The position numbers and the translations under genes are program-made. The notes beneath the pieces were generated by a model, which did not search any database, was not told the origin of the DNA, and saw only the letters and a program-made list of their open reading frames with translations. This document shows, piece by piece, positions 1 to 11,663 of a stretch of DNA of 58,319 nucleotides. This DNA is from Pseudomonadota bacterium (GTDB taxonomy: Bacteria > Pseudomonadota > Gammaproteobacteria > Steroidobacterales > Steroidobacteraceae): NCBI GenBank assembly GCA_018241545.1, contig JAFEDP010000001.1, positions 1 through 58,319 of the forward strand, in the 5' to 3' direction. Numbering within the stretch: position 1 is the stretch's first letter; each line of letters begins with the position of its first letter.

Positions 1-876
1 TTCCGCCTGGTGACCGCGCGCGGCGACGTGCTCGACTGCAGCCCGACGAGCCACGCGGACGTGTTCGCTGCGGCCCGCGTTGGGCTCGGTGCATTCGGCG
101 TCATCACCCGGGTCACGCTGCGCAATCGCGCGCTGACGCGGGTACGCAAACGCGTGTATGTGCAGCCGCTCGAGGAGGTCGCGGCCGCGTGGCCCGAGCT
201 GCAGGCTGCGCATGACAAGGTCGAGTTCTTCGCGTTTCCCTTCACTGGACTCGCAGCGGTCATCACGACCAACCCGACCCAGGCGCCGCTTCAGCCTCGC
301 GGCGTGGATCAGGACGCGGATACGCTGATGAGCCTGAAGCGGCTGCGCGATCTGCTCGGCCCGGTTCCGTGGCTGCGGCGCCGCGTCACCGCAGCACTCA
401 TGGCCGACCTGCCGCCGGAGGAGTCGGTCGACGACAGCTGGAAGCTGCTTTCGAACGAACGCCCGGTGCGGTTCAACGAGCTGGAGTTCCACCTGCCCCG
501 TGAGACCCAGATGGCGGCGATGCGCGAAGTGATGCGCGTGATCGAGCGCGGGCACCCGGACGTATTCTTCCCGCTCGAGATACGCACGATCGCCGCCGAT
601 GACGCGTGGCTATCGCCGTTCTACGGCCGCGATTCGGGATCGATTGCAGTACACGCCTACTACAAGGATGACTACCAGCGTCTGTTCGCGGCCGTGGAGC
701 CCGTGCTGCGCCGCCACGGTGGCCGGCCTCACTGGGGCAAGTTGCACTCGCTCGACGGACGCGACTTCGCGGCGCTCTATCCCCGCTTTCGCGAGGCCGG
801 CGAACTGCGGGCCGCACTTGATCCGGACGGGCGCCTGCTCAACGACCACCTGACGCGCATCTTCGCTCATGGCTAG
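1..876 (+). CDS. FAD-linked sugar-1,4-lactone oxidase family protein, C-terminal part (5' end lies outside the window)
   Basis: Frame 1 is open from base 1 (track ORF 10..876). C-terminal ALO-type region with GRPHWGKLH motif, as in D-arabinono-/L-gulono-1,4-lactone oxidases. TAG stop at 874-876. Confidence 0.65.
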   Translation, partial: FRLVTARGDVLDCSPTSHADVFAAARVGLGAFGVITRVTLRNRALTRVRKRVYVQPLEEVAAAWPELQAAHDKVEFFAFPFTGLAAVITTNPTQAPLQPRGVDQDADTLMSLKRLRDLLGPVPWLRRRVTAALMADLPPEESVDDSWKLLSNERPVRFNELEFHLPRETQMAAMREVMRVIERGHPDVFFPLEIRTIAADDAWLSPFYGRDSGSIAVHAYYKDDYQRLFAAVEPVLRRHGGRPHWGKLHSLDGRDFAALYPRFREAGELRAALDPDGRLLNDHLTRIFAHG

Positions 877-2158
877 GGACGAGGAGCGGCCACGACGCTG
901 GTCCCGCCGGCGCCTGCTAGCGGGCGCCGCAGCGGTGGCTACGGTCACCGCGGTGGCTGCGGTGCGCCGCGGCGACCGTGGCGGACGTCACTCCGACTAC
1001 TTCCTTGCTTTGTCACGGGCGTTGCGGGAGGCGGGCATTGCGCGGCCGACGCTGGTCATCGATCGCGCTCGTCTGCAGGCAAATGTTGACGCGCTGCGCC
1101 GGACGTTGGCCGGATCGAAGCTGACGACCCGCGTCGTCGTGAAGTCCCTGCCTGCCCGATCGCTGCTCGAGGAAATCGCGAACCGGATCGGAACCAACCG
1201 GTTCATGGTCTTCAACGGACCGATGATCCTTGAGATGGTGCGCTGGCGCCCGGAGTCGGACCTGCTGCTCGGCAAGCCGCTGTCGGCACTGGAGGTTGCC
1301 GACGTCCAGCGGCAGCTCGCGTCCGTCGCAGGTGCCGAACCAGGGCCGCAATGGCTGGTAGACACCGCGGACCGCATCCGCCAGTACGCCGCCATTGCGC
1401 GTGAATCCGGGCGGCGGATGCGCGTCAATGTCGAGATCGACGTCGGCCTGCATCGGGGCGGATTCCACGGGAATGACGAACTCGCCGCCGCACTGGACCT
1501 GATTAAGGGGTCGGCAGACCTGCAGTTTGCGGGATTGATGGGCTACGACCCGCACGTGCCGCGGGCGCTGAGCCCGTCACGTGCCTACGACGACGTCGTC
1601 CGTCGCTACACGGCAGCGGTGGAGATCGTCCGGGCGCGCTTTGGGTCCGACGTCAGCCAGCTGACGTTTAACACGGCCGGCAGCCCGACCTACGCCCTAC
1701 ACGTACGCGATCCGGTCGCGACGGAAGTGGCGGTCGGCTCTGCTTTCGTCAAGCCGCACGACTTTGATATCGGCACGTTGGAACACCATGTACCTGCCGC
1801 CTTCATCGCCACGCCCGTGCTCAAGGAGATGCCGCGAACCCAGATCCCGGGCCTCGAAGCACTGGGCGGCGTGATGACCTTCCTGGATGCGAACTCGGAG
1901 CGTGCCTTCTTCATCCACGGCGGCCACTGGCTGGCCGTACCCGAGTCCCCGCCCGGCCTGGAGTTCAATCCGCTTTTCGGCCGCTCCAGCAACCAGGAGA
2001 TGCTCAACGGGTCGCGGTCCGTCGCACTCGCGGCAGACGACTATGTCTTCTTCCGCCCCACACAGTCTGAGTCCCTGTTCCTGCAGTTCGGAGATCTCGC
2101 CGTATACGAGGGCAGTCGGATCACGGAGCGCTGGCCGACGTTCCCGGCTTCTGCCTGA
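869..2158 (+). CDS. Type III (alanine-racemase fold) PLP-dependent enzyme, DSD1/D-threonine-aldolase-like, with N-terminal Arg-rich plus hydrophobic segment
   Basis: 429 aa ORF. N-terminus is RRWSRRRLLAGAAAVATVTAVAAV. VVVKSLP is a candidate PLP lysine; GLMGYDPH block present. ATG overlaps the upstream stop by 8 nt (ATGGCTAG), implying co-translation with the lactone oxidase gene. Confidence 0.55.
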   Translation: MARDEERPRRWSRRRLLAGAAAVATVTAVAAVRRGDRGGRHSDYFLALSRALREAGIARPTLVIDRARLQANVDALRRTLAGSKLTTRVVVKSLPARSLLEEIANRIGTNRFMVFNGPMILEMVRWRPESDLLLGKPLSALEVADVQRQLASVAGAEPGPQWLVDTADRIRQYAAIARESGRRMRVNVEIDVGLHRGGFHGNDELAAALDLIKGSADLQFAGLMGYDPHVPRALSPSRAYDDVVRRYTAAVEIVRARFGSDVSQLTFNTAGSPTYALHVRDPVATEVAVGSAFVKPHDFDIGTLEHHVPAAFIATPVLKEMPRTQIPGLEALGGVMTFLDANSERAFFIHGGHWLAVPESPPGLEFNPLFGRSSNQEMLNGSRSVALAADDYVFFRPTQSESLFLQFGDLAVYEGSRITERWPTFPASA

Positions 2159-2651
2159 GGCGCAATGCGTGCACCGGGGGCCGTGCAGGATCGGCCCGCT
2201 CGCAGCACCGGGCCTCGCGCCGACCCACGGCGCGCGATTGGGCGAGTCGCGTCATCCTCGTGCCACCTGAGGCATCGGCGTCGGGCTCAGCGGTCACAGC
2301 AAGTCCTCGACTCACACGTACCGGTTTTCCTACAAACGCTCGGCTTGCCGGCGTCGCGGCCGCGAAGCCGAGCGACGTAAATCATTGGCGCCGACGTAGG
2401 GCCCCGTCGAACGTCGCCCGCGACGTCACCTATCAGCCCGGCGCTCGGCGGGAGGATTGCCACGGGGCAGACGTCTTGCGTCCCGATAACCGGCGACTGG
2501 CGGCCGCCCACCCGCGAGGCGACCCGCCCACGCGGCGTGCCGCTAACGCGTTCGTCGCCTCGCTACCGCGCGCCCGTCCAGCGCAGTGCGTTCTAGGGAC
2601 GGGTAGCGCGCGTATGATCGCGCCGCGGCGTGGCATCCTTGTCGCGCTAGA

Positions 2652-4841
2652 ATGACCACTCCAGCGCCGGGCGCACAGGGGACCATGCGGCAGAGCCACG
2701 TAGTGCGAATCAGCCGGCGCGGGTTGTTCGTGGTTGTGCCCGCCCTATCGGCCGCCACCCTGCTTGCATTGTCTGGGACCGCCGGCGCAGAGGCCCCGTC
2801 AACCGCCGGCGCGACTTCGGTCGAGGACGTCGTGGTCAGTGCCACCCGGAACCGTGAACGCCGCTTCGATGTGCCGGTCTCGGTGGATCGTGTGGACGGA
2901 CGCGCCATCCGCGACGGCCAGCTGGGCGTGAATCTGTCGGAGTCCCTGGCGGCGGTGCCGGGTGTATCCATCGAGAATCGCCAGAACTACGCGCAGGACC
3001 TGCAGATCTCCATACGCGGCTTCGGGGCGCGATCCAGCTTCGGCGTCCGTGGCGTGCGCCTCTACGCCGACGGCATACCGGCCACGATGCCGGACGGGCA
3101 AGGCCAGTTCTCGCACTTTGATCTAGGGTCGGCCGACCGGATCGAGGTCGTTCGCGGTCCATTCTCGGCCCTGTATGGCAATTCGTCCGGTGGCGTCATC
3201 TCGATCTTCACCGCCGACCCCGTCGTCGGGATCGCCGGCACGGCCAGCGCGTCGGTAGGCAGTCTCGGCACGCAGCGACTGGCGCTGCTGGTGTCTGGCG
3301 GAGACTCCAGCTCCGGCTTCGTCGCCGATGCGGCGCATTTCGAGACGAGTGGCTACCGTGACCACAGCCGGGCCGAGCGCAACACCGCGAATGCCAAGCT
3401 GCGCTTGGCGTGGGGCGAGAACACCACGCTGACGCTGATCGGCAACGCGATCGAGACCCCGGAAGTTCAGGATCCGCTGGGCCTGACGCGCAGCCAGGCC
3501 GCCGCCAACCCCGAGCAGGCCGGCACGAACGCACTGCTGTACAACACCCGCAAGCAACTCGAGCAGGAGCAGGCGGGCGCGACGCTCGCGACCACGCTGA
3601 GTGCCACGGACGAGGTCACGGCGACGGTATATGCCGGACGCCGATTGACGACGCAGTTCCAAGCGATCCTGCGCACCGTGGAAGCCAACCCGTTGCATCC
3701 GGGCGGCGTCATTGATCTTGGCCGCGAATACCACGGCGCCGATGTGCACCTGGCGGATCGACGGCAGATCGGTGACCACCCGTTCGTACTCACGCTCGGC
3801 GCGACCTACGAGGGACTCGACGAGATCCGGCACGGGTTCCTCAATTATGACGGCACGCAACTCGGAGTGATCGGTGCGCTGCGCCGCGATGAGCGCAACC
3901 GGGTCGGTGGCGTCGACGAATACGCCCAGGCGGAGTACGACCCCGGTGCGCGCTGGCACCTGATCGCGGGGCTACGCCACAGCGACATCGACGTGAGCTC
4001 GCGGGACAAGACCGGCGTGAGCCCGCCCACGAACATCCGCTATACCGCGACCAACCCGGTCGCGGGTGTCACGCTGCGAATGACGCCGTATCTCAACGCC
4101 TACGGTTCCTATGGCCGTGGTTTCGAGACGCCGACGCTGAACGACCTCGCCTATCGTTCGACGGACGGTTCGCTGCCGGGACTGAACACCGCGCTTCGCC
4201 CCGCGACCAGCGACAACTACGAGGCCGGGCTCAAGCTGGCCGCGTCCAGGCTGACCGTGAATGCAGCGGCGTTCTATATCTCCACGCGGCACGAGCTCGC
4301 CGTGCAGCAGAACGCCGGCGGTCGGCAGGTTTTCGAGAACATCGATCAGACCGAGCGGCGCGGCGCGGAGGTCGCGCTCGACGGACGCCTGTCCGCTGGT
4401 CTCGAGGTGCACGTGGCCTACACCTACATGCGGGCGGTCACGGCCGCGCCCTATACGTCGTGTACGGGCATTCCGTGCGTCCCGGTGGTGGTTCCTGCCG
4501 GCAACCGCCTGCCCGCGGTGCCGGCGAACGCGCTGTATGCGGGCCTTAGCTGGCGCGCACCGCGCCTCGGGTTCGTGGCGGCCGCCGAAACCGTCGGCCG
4601 CGCCAAGATCTACGTGGACGACCGCAATAGCGACGCGGCTGGCGCATTCTGGACGACCAGCGCGCGCGCCGGCTTCACCCAGGCCGGGAGCTCGTGGACG
4701 GTCAGCGAGACGCTGAGGATCGACAACGTGTTCGGGCGCCGCTACGTCGACTCGGTGATCGTCAACGAGTCCAACGGGCGGTTCTTCGAGCCCGATCCCG
4801 GCCGGGTGGCCTACCTGCTGCTGACCGCGAGCTATCGCTAG
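2652..4841 (+). CDS. TonB-dependent outer-membrane receptor
   Basis: 729 aa with a hydrophobic signal-like N-terminus. Plug motifs VEDVVVSATRNRE and DRIEVVRGPFSALYGNSSGG, followed by a long beta-barrel region. Alternative start ATG at 2685 (MRQSHVV). Confidence 0.85.
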   Translation: MTTPAPGAQGTMRQSHVVRISRRGLFVVVPALSAATLLALSGTAGAEAPSTAGATSVEDVVVSATRNRERRFDVPVSVDRVDGRAIRDGQLGVNLSESLAAVPGVSIENRQNYAQDLQISIRGFGARSSFGVRGVRLYADGIPATMPDGQGQFSHFDLGSADRIEVVRGPFSALYGNSSGGVISIFTADPVVGIAGTASASVGSLGTQRLALLVSGGDSSSGFVADAAHFETSGYRDHSRAERNTANAKLRLAWGENTTLTLIGNAIETPEVQDPLGLTRSQAAANPEQAGTNALLYNTRKQLEQEQAGATLATTLSATDEVTATVYAGRRLTTQFQAILRTVEANPLHPGGVIDLGREYHGADVHLADRRQIGDHPFVLTLGATYEGLDEIRHGFLNYDGTQLGVIGALRRDERNRVGGVDEYAQAEYDPGARWHLIAGLRHSDIDVSSRDKTGVSPPTNIRYTATNPVAGVTLRMTPYLNAYGSYGRGFETPTLNDLAYRSTDGSLPGLNTALRPATSDNYEAGLKLAASRLTVNAAAFYISTRHELAVQQNAGGRQVFENIDQTERRGAEVALDGRLSAGLEVHVAYTYMRAVTAAPYTSCTGIPCVPVVVPAGNRLPAVPANALYAGLSWRAPRLGFVAAAETVGRAKIYVDDRNSDAAGAFWTTSARAGFTQAGSSWTVSETLRIDNVFGRRYVDSVIVNESNGRFFEPDPGRVAYLLLTASYR

Positions 4842-4937
4842 CACCGCCTGCCATCCGGTGACCACGGGCACCGGTGCTAGACTGCCCATCGCCGAAGGCA
4901 CTCGGCTCGTCGACACTCGCCAGGGGCATGGCCGGCC

Positions 4938-5966
4938 ATGATCACGGTCTACACGGATACACATCTTCTGCGCGCTGCAAAGACCGAGCTCCACGGCGGG
5001 CTGCTCGTTCCGCCGCACGAGTGCCCGGAACGCGCGGCCTACGTGCTGTCCCGCGTGCGCGAAGTCGGGTTGGGCGAGGTCATCGGCCCTCGCTCCTTCG
5101 GCCTCGATCCGGTGCTGCGCGTGCACGATGCGGATTTCCTGGAATTCCTTTCTACCGCCGCGCGCGACTGGGCGGAGGCCGGAAATCGCGGCGAGGCCAT
5201 CCCTGATTGCTGGCCGGCGCGGCGCATGGTGCAGCGGCGCCCGACGAGCGTCACCGGCAAGCTCGGTTACTACGCCATGGCCGGCGAAACATCGATCACA
5301 CCCGGCACCTGGGAGGCAGCCCGTGCCGCTGCGGACGTCGCGCTCACTGCGGCGGACCAGCTGCTACGCGGCGCACGTAGCGCCTTCGGACTGTGTCGTC
5401 CTCCGGGGCACCATGCCGCACGGGACCTCTACGGCGGGTACTGCTTCCTCAACAATGCGGCGATCGCTGCGCAGTACCTTCGCGACCAGGGCGCCGCGCG
5501 GGTGGCCGTCCTGGACGTCGACTTCCACCACGGCAATGGAACCCAGGACATCTTCTATGACCGCGGTGACGTATTGTTCGTCTCCCTGCACGGCGACCCG
5601 GCTGAGGCCTTCCCGTACTTCTCGGGTTACGCCGACGAGACGGGCCAGGGCGTCGGCGAAGGCTTCAATCTGAACCTGCCGCTGCCCCGGGCCACCGGCT
5701 TCGACGGCTGGCGTGCAGCCCTCGTCACCGGACTCGCCGCCATTCGCTCATTCGGTGCGGATGCGCTGGTCGTGTCCCTAGGCGTCGACACTTTCGCGAA
5801 TGATCCAATCAGCTTCTTTCGGCTTCAGTCCGACGACTTCTCAAGCTACGGCGCGCTGATTGCCGGCTGCGCAGTGCCGACCCTGTTCGTGCTCGAAGGC
5901 GGCTATGCAGTCGCCGAGGTCGGCGTCAACGTCGTCAACGTATTGACTGGATTCGAACAGGCCTGA
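4938..5966 (+). CDS. Histone deacetylase-family amidohydrolase (acetylpolyamine/acetoin-utilisation type)
   Basis: 342 aa with RPPGHHA and VLDVDFHHGNGTQDIFY zinc-site motifs characteristic of the HDAC/AcuC/AphA superfamily. Confidence 0.85.
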   Translation: MITVYTDTHLLRAAKTELHGGLLVPPHECPERAAYVLSRVREVGLGEVIGPRSFGLDPVLRVHDADFLEFLSTAARDWAEAGNRGEAIPDCWPARRMVQRRPTSVTGKLGYYAMAGETSITPGTWEAARAAADVALTAADQLLRGARSAFGLCRPPGHHAARDLYGGYCFLNNAAIAAQYLRDQGAARVAVLDVDFHHGNGTQDIFYDRGDVLFVSLHGDPAEAFPYFSGYADETGQGVGEGFNLNLPLPRATGFDGWRAALVTGLAAIRSFGADALVVSLGVDTFANDPISFFRLQSDDFSSYGALIAGCAVPTLFVLEGGYAVAEVGVNVVNVLTGFEQA

Positions 5967-6056
5967 AGCGCCGCTTCACGGAGGCCCAACGCAGCACACT
6001 GCGCCCGGTGCGCGGCATACTCTCCGGATCCGAACCCGGAAGCTCGACACGAGCAG

Positions 6057-6932
6057 ATGGACGTACCGAGGCCCAGCATGTCCAGTGGCGTCCCGGCGGC
6101 AGCGACCGCGCCGCCTGGATGGCCGGCATCGCTCGAGCTCGGGTTCGCGGTGCGGGGCCGGCGCACCGTTCTGGTGCACGAGCGGCACGCGGGCCCGATG
6201 CTGGTGCAGAAGATCCTGCACCCGGAACCGGACGGTCCTTGCCACGCGATCTTGCTGCACCCGCCCGCCGGAATCGCGGGCGGCGATACACTGGATCTGG
6301 TCGTCGACGCGCATGCGGGCGCCCGCGTGCTGTTGACGACGCCGGGGGCAACCCGCTGGTACCGGTCTAACGGGCGCGACGCCACGTCCGAGGCGCGGAT
6401 CGCGGTTGGACCGGGAGCCGTGGTCGAGTATCTGCCGCGGGAGGCGATTGTGTTCAACGGAGCGCGCGTGCGCTCGCGACTGGACGTGGACCTCGCACCG
6501 GGCGCGGCAACGATCGGTTGGGACTGCTGGTGCCTCGGCAGGATCGCCGCCGGAGAATCCTATGGGAGCGGTGAGCTGGATCTCAGCGTGCAGGTTCGTT
6601 GCGGCGGGCACTTGCGCTGGCTGGAGCGCGGCTTGCTCGGTGGAGCGTCGCCGCTGCTCGAGAGCGCCGCCGGACTCGATGGCCAGCCTGTGTTCGGCAC
6701 GTTCTGGGCGGCGGGCCGACAGCCAGCGCCTACGCTCATCGAGCGCTGTCGCGCACTGCCGGGCCCGGACCAAGGCAGGGCTGCATTGACGCAGCTGCCG
6801 GAGCTCCTTCTGGCACGCTATCTCGGCCGATCCACCGAGGCCGCATTCGCGTGGTTCACGGCGCTGTGGTCGGAGCTGAGGCCCACGTACGCCGCTGCTA
6901 CGGCCGTGGCACCGCGGATCTGGTCGGTCTGA
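6057..6932 (+). CDS. ureD: Urease accessory protein UreD
   Basis: 291 aa directly upstream of ureA. UreD-like blocks ([22 protein letters not shown]). Position matches the ureDABCEFG order. Confidence 0.85.
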   Translation: MDVPRPSMSSGVPAAATAPPGWPASLELGFAVRGRRTVLVHERHAGPMLVQKILHPEPDGPCHAILLHPPAGIAGGDTLDLVVDAHAGARVLLTTPGATRWYRSNGRDATSEARIAVGPGAVVEYLPREAIVFNGARVRSRLDVDLAPGAATIGWDCWCLGRIAAGESYGSGELDLSVQVRCGGHLRWLERGLLGGASPLLESAAGLDGQPVFGTFWAAGRQPAPTLIERCRALPGPDQGRAALTQLPELLLARYLGRSTEAAFAWFTALWSELRPTYAAATAVAPRIWSV

Positions 6933-6946
6933 GCGAGGAACGGGCG

Positions 6947-7249
6947 ATGGAGCTGACACCGCGCGAGAAGGACAAGTTGCTGCTATTCACCGCGGCCCTG
7001 GTCGCCGAGCGTCGGCGCGCGCGCGGCTTGCGCCTGAACTACCCCGAGGCAGTGGCGCTGATCAGCGCCGCGATTCTCGAGGGCGCACGCGACGGTCGCA
7101 CCGTCGCGGAGCTGATGAGCTTCGGCAAGACGGTGCTCGCGCGCGACGACGTGATGGACGGCGTCCCGGAGATGATCCCGGAAATCCAGGTCGAGGCAAC
7201 ATTCCCCGACGGCACGAAGCTCGTGACCGTGCACCAACCGATCGTGTAG
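6947..7249 (+). CDS. ureA: Urease gamma subunit
   Basis: 100 aa starting [39 protein letters not shown], the canonical UreA N-terminus. ATG at 6947 lies inside track ORF 6599..7249, whose upstream part is a spurious extension. Confidence 0.95.
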   Translation: MELTPREKDKLLLFTAALVAERRRARGLRLNYPEAVALISAAILEGARDGRTVAELMSFGKTVLARDDVMDGVPEMIPEIQVEATFPDGTKLVTVHQPIV

Positions 7250-7258
7250 GAGCACAGC

Positions 7259-7567
7259 ATGCAGCCAGGTGAGATCGACATCCGACCCGGCACCATCGAG
7301 CTCAATGCCGGCCGCGCCACGCTCATGCTGCGCGTCGAGAACACCGGCGACCGCCCGATACAGGTCGGGTCCCACTACCACTTCTGCGAGACCAACGAGG
7401 CGCTGCGCTTCGACCGGGCGGCGACCCGCGGCTACCGCCTAGACATCCCGGCGGGCACCGCCGTCCGCTTCGAGCCCGGCCAGAGCCGCACCGTGCAGCT
7501 GGTCGCGATCGATGGCGCCCGACGCATCTTCGGCTTCCGTGGCCTCACCCAGGGGCCAGTCCGATGA
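7259..7567 (+). CDS. ureB: Urease beta subunit
   Basis: 102 aa containing MQPGEI...[19 protein letters not shown], the canonical UreB motif. Confidence 0.95.
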   Translation: MQPGEIDIRPGTIELNAGRATLMLRVENTGDRPIQVGSHYHFCETNEALRFDRAATRGYRLDIPAGTAVRFEPGQSRTVQLVAIDGARRIFGFRGLTQGPVR

Positions 7568-9267
7568 GCGTGCGCATCGACCGGCGCGCCTACGCCGAGA
7601 TGTACGGCCCTACGACGGGCGACCGGATCCGCCTCGCGGACACGCAGCTCTGGATCGAGGTGGAGCGCGACCTGAGCATCCCGGGTGAGGAGGTGAAGTT
7701 CGGTGGCGGAAAGGTGATCCGCGACGGCATGGGCCAGAGTCAGCTGCAAGCTGCATCGGTGGCGGATACCGTGATCACCAACGCCGTCATCGTCGACCAC
7801 TGGGGCATCGTGAAGGCCGACGTCGGCCTCAAGGATGGCCGGATTTGGCGCATCGGCAAGGCCGGCAATCCCGACGTGCAGCCGGGCGTGGACATCCCGA
7901 TTGGAGCCGGCACCGAGATTATCGCCGGCGAGGGCCGTCTGCTCACGGCCGGAGCCATCGATTCTCACATCCACTTCATCTGCCCGCAGCAGGTCGACGA
8001 CGCGCTCGCGGCCGGCGTCACGACGCTGCTCGGTGGTGGTACCGGCCCGGCCGCCGGCACTGCAGCGACGACGTGCACACCGGGCGTTTGGCACCTGCAG
8101 CGCATGCTGCAGGCCGCCGAGGCCCTACCGGTCAACGTGGGCTTCTTTGGCAAAGGTAATGCGAGTGAGGCCGAGCCGCTGCGCGAACAGGTGCGCGCAG
8201 GCGCCGCCGGACTGAAGCTTCACGAGGACTGGGGAACGACGCCGCAGGCTATCGACACCTGTCTGAGGGTCGCCGACGAGTTCGACATCCAGGTCGCGAT
8301 TCACACCGACACGCTGAACGAATCCGGCTTCGTGGAGACGACGCTCGCGGCGATCGGCGATCGGACGATCCACACGTTCCACACCGAAGGCGCGGGCGGT
8401 GGCCACGCACCTGACATCATTCGCGCTGCAGGCCGGCCGAACATCCTGCCGAGTTCGACCAATCCTACGCGTCCGTATACGGTGAATACGGTCGACGAGC
8501 ACCTCGACATGCTGATGGTCTGCCACCACCTCGATCCGGCGATCGCGGAGGACGTGGCCTTCGCCGAGTCGCGGATCCGCCGCGAAACTATCGCGGCGGA
8601 GGACGTGCTGCACGACCTCGGCGTCTTCTCGATGATGTCCTCTGATTCGCAGGCGATGGGCCGCGTGGGGGAAGTCGTGCTCCGCACCTGGCAGACGGCC
8701 CACAAGATGCGGGTCCAGCGCGGGTCGTTGGCCGGCGATCCGGCCAATGCCGACAACGCGCGCATCAAGCGATACATCGCCAAGTACACGGTCAATCCCG
8801 CGATCACCCACGGCATTTCGCACCTGGTCGGCTCCATCGAACCCGGCAAGCTCGCCGACCTCGTCTTGTGGTCACCCGTGTTCTTCGGCGTCAAGCCGAA
8901 CCTCGTCATCAAGGGGGGCATGATCGCGCTGGCCCCGATGGGCGACCCGAACGCGTCGATCCCAACCCCGCAGCCGGTGCACTACCGGCCGATGTTCGCC
9001 GGCATGGGCAGGGCCATTTCGACGTCGGTGACGTTCGTGTCGCAGGCAGCGCTCGACGGGCCATCCCTCGGCCGGCTCGGGCTCGCCAAGCCGCTGGTTG
9101 CGGTCAGAGGCACCCGCGCGCTACGCAAGCACGACATGATCCACAATGGCCGGACGCCGGTGCTGGAGGTTGACCCTGAGACGTACGAGGTGCGCGCCGA
9201 CGGCGAACTGCTGACATGCGAGCCGGCGCGCGAGTTGCCGATGGCGCAGCGTTACTTCCTGTTCTGA
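7564..9267 (+). CDS. ureC: Urease alpha (catalytic) subunit
   Basis: 567 aa. Nickel-site motifs [29 protein letters not shown] and MVCHHLD. ATGA overlap with the ureB stop. Confidence 0.97.
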   Translation: MSVRIDRRAYAEMYGPTTGDRIRLADTQLWIEVERDLSIPGEEVKFGGGKVIRDGMGQSQLQAASVADTVITNAVIVDHWGIVKADVGLKDGRIWRIGKAGNPDVQPGVDIPIGAGTEIIAGEGRLLTAGAIDSHIHFICPQQVDDALAAGVTTLLGGGTGPAAGTAATTCTPGVWHLQRMLQAAEALPVNVGFFGKGNASEAEPLREQVRAGAAGLKLHEDWGTTPQAIDTCLRVADEFDIQVAIHTDTLNESGFVETTLAAIGDRTIHTFHTEGAGGGHAPDIIRAAGRPNILPSSTNPTRPYTVNTVDEHLDMLMVCHHLDPAIAEDVAFAESRIRRETIAAEDVLHDLGVFSMMSSDSQAMGRVGEVVLRTWQTAHKMRVQRGSLAGDPANADNARIKRYIAKYTVNPAITHGISHLVGSIEPGKLADLVLWSPVFFGVKPNLVIKGGMIALAPMGDPNASIPTPQPVHYRPMFAGMGRAISTSVTFVSQAALDGPSLGRLGLAKPLVAVRGTRALRKHDMIHNGRTPVLEVDPETYEVRADGELLTCEPARELPMAQRYFLF

Positions 9268-9274
9268 GGAGACG

Positions 9275-9778
9275 ATGGATACGCCGAGCGCTCCCCTGCG
9301 GATCGAGGCGCGCGCCGAGCCCGGCGCGACCGCGGCGGACTGGGTTCGTCTCGGCTTCGCGGAGCGATGCCGGTCCCGACTGGTCGCGCGCCTTGACGGC
9401 GGCGCTGAGGTGGCTATCGCCCTGCCGCGCGGCGCTCCGCTGCGGCACGGCGACCGGCTGGTGACGACCGACGGGCGCATCATCGAAGTCGTTGCGGTGC
9501 CAGAGCCGTTGCTGCACGTCGAGTCATCCGATCCTCGGCTGCTGGCGCGGGCTGCCTATCACCTCGGCAACCGGCACGTCGCCGTGGAGGTTGGGAATCA
9601 CGCGCTGCGGGTGCTCGCCGACGCAGTCATAGAACGCCTGCTCCGCGGGCTCGGCCTCGAACCGCAGCGCCTCGACGCGCCCTTCGAGCCCGAGCACGGC
9701 GCTTACGGCGAGGCGCATCGGCACGACGGCGATACTGCGCGGATCGCGCCCGTGATCCACGAGTTCCGGGCGCGCTGA
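9275..9778 (+). CDS. ureE: Urease accessory protein UreE
   Basis: 167 aa in the UreE position with the AYHLGNRHV motif. No long His tail. Confidence 0.85.
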   Translation: MDTPSAPLRIEARAEPGATAADWVRLGFAERCRSRLVARLDGGAEVAIALPRGAPLRHGDRLVTTDGRIIEVVAVPEPLLHVESSDPRLLARAAYHLGNRHVAVEVGNHALRVLADAVIERLLRGLGLEPQRLDAPFEPEHGAYGEAHRHDGDTARIAPVIHEFRAR

Positions 9779-10429
9779 CCATGGCGCTGCTGCCCGCACT
9801 GCTGCAGCTGGTCAGCCCTGCCCTGCCCGTGGGCTCGTACAGCTATTCACAGGGCCTCGAATGGGCGGTGGGCGCCGGCATCATCCGCGACGAGGCCAGC
9901 GCCGGCGAGTGGATCGGCACCGTGCTCGAGCACGGCGTGGCGGCGTGCGATGCAACGGTGGTCGCTGAGCTGATGCGCGCCTGGGCTGATGACCGGGAGG
10001 TCGATGTGGCGCGCATCAATGAATTCTTCGTCGCCAGCCGCGAGTCGCGCGAACTGCACGCCGAGACCCTGCAGATGGGGCGCTCGATGCTCGACGTGCT
10101 CCGAGATGTGGACGACTTGCCGCCGCCGACGTGGCGACTGCTCGTGCGGCTGCGCGATGGTGATGGCGTGGCGTATCCGACGGCCTGGACCGCCGCCGCC
10201 GCGAGCCGGCGAATCGCCGTCCCGGACGCCGTCACCGGCTACCTGTGGGCATGGCTGGAGAATGCAGTCCTCGCCGCGATCAAGTGTGTGCCACTCGGGC
10301 AACGGGCGGGCCAGCGGCTGCTGTCCCGGTTCGGTGAGCGAATCCCGGCGCTCGCCGCCGCGGCAGGCGTCCGCCAGCTGGACGAGTGCCGCAACCTCCT
10401 GCCGGGGCTTTCACTCGCATCGATGCAAC

Positions 10430-11083
<654 letters not shown>

Positions 11084-11093
11084 GTCTGGACGG

Positions 11094-11663
11094 ATGACGC
11101 ACTCCACCACATCCGAGCGGTCCCCCGACACGGCCGGCCAGCGTCCGCCACGCGCACGCGGATTGCGACTGATGCTAGCCGCCGGATCTCTGGCAGCGGC
11201 CATCGCCGCTGCCGACTCCGGGCCGGAGCGGCCGCCGGATCTCGAACTCGTGCGGCGCGCCCGGGCAGTGCTGCTCGATATCCTTGCCTTCGGGAGTCTC
11301 AACGCGCAGGTCGTCAGGCTCTGCCACGAGCCGGTGGCCGGCGCGTACGGCGACTGGCGGGACGAGTTCCGCGCAGACCTGGACCGCGCCCACGCGCTCC
11401 ACAGACTGTTGTTACGTCGGATCCCGTCGGAATCCCCTCCGGCCATCGACGAGTCGCTGAATCCGTTCCGCGAAGCGCACGGCCAGGTACTCGATGCTCG
11501 CTGCCTGCGCCACAGCACGTTGCTGATCCAGCGCGAATCACCGCTTCGCCAGGCGTACGCCACGCGGTTCGCGTTCCTGCGCGACCACGAACCTGAGCTG
11601 AAGCACCTACTGGCCGACGACGCGCTCTGGCAGGAATGGAAGGAAGCGGGCGTGAAGCCCTGA
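11094..11663 (+). CDS. Hypothetical protein, co-oriented 10 nt downstream of ureG
   Basis: 189 aa ORF. From about residue 50 onward it has a balanced amino-acid composition and G/C-dominated third codon positions, unlike shadow ORFs. I recognise no motif. A start at ATG 11172 is also possible. Confidence 0.5.
   Translation: MTHSTTSERSPDTAGQRPPRARGLRLMLAAGSLAAAIAAADSGPERPPDLELVRRARAVLLDILAFGSLNAQVVRLCHEPVAGAYGDWRDEFRADLDRAHALHRLLLRRIPSESPPAIDESLNPFREAHGQVLDARCLRHSTLLIQRESPLRQAYATRFAFLRDHEPELKHLLADDALWQEWKEAGVKP

Noticed and set aside
3123-5126. 278 aa and 384 aa minus-strand ORFs (3123..3959, 3972..5126)
   Set aside because: Antisense to the first TonB-dependent receptor and to the start of the HDAC-family gene. 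Shadow-ORF composition.
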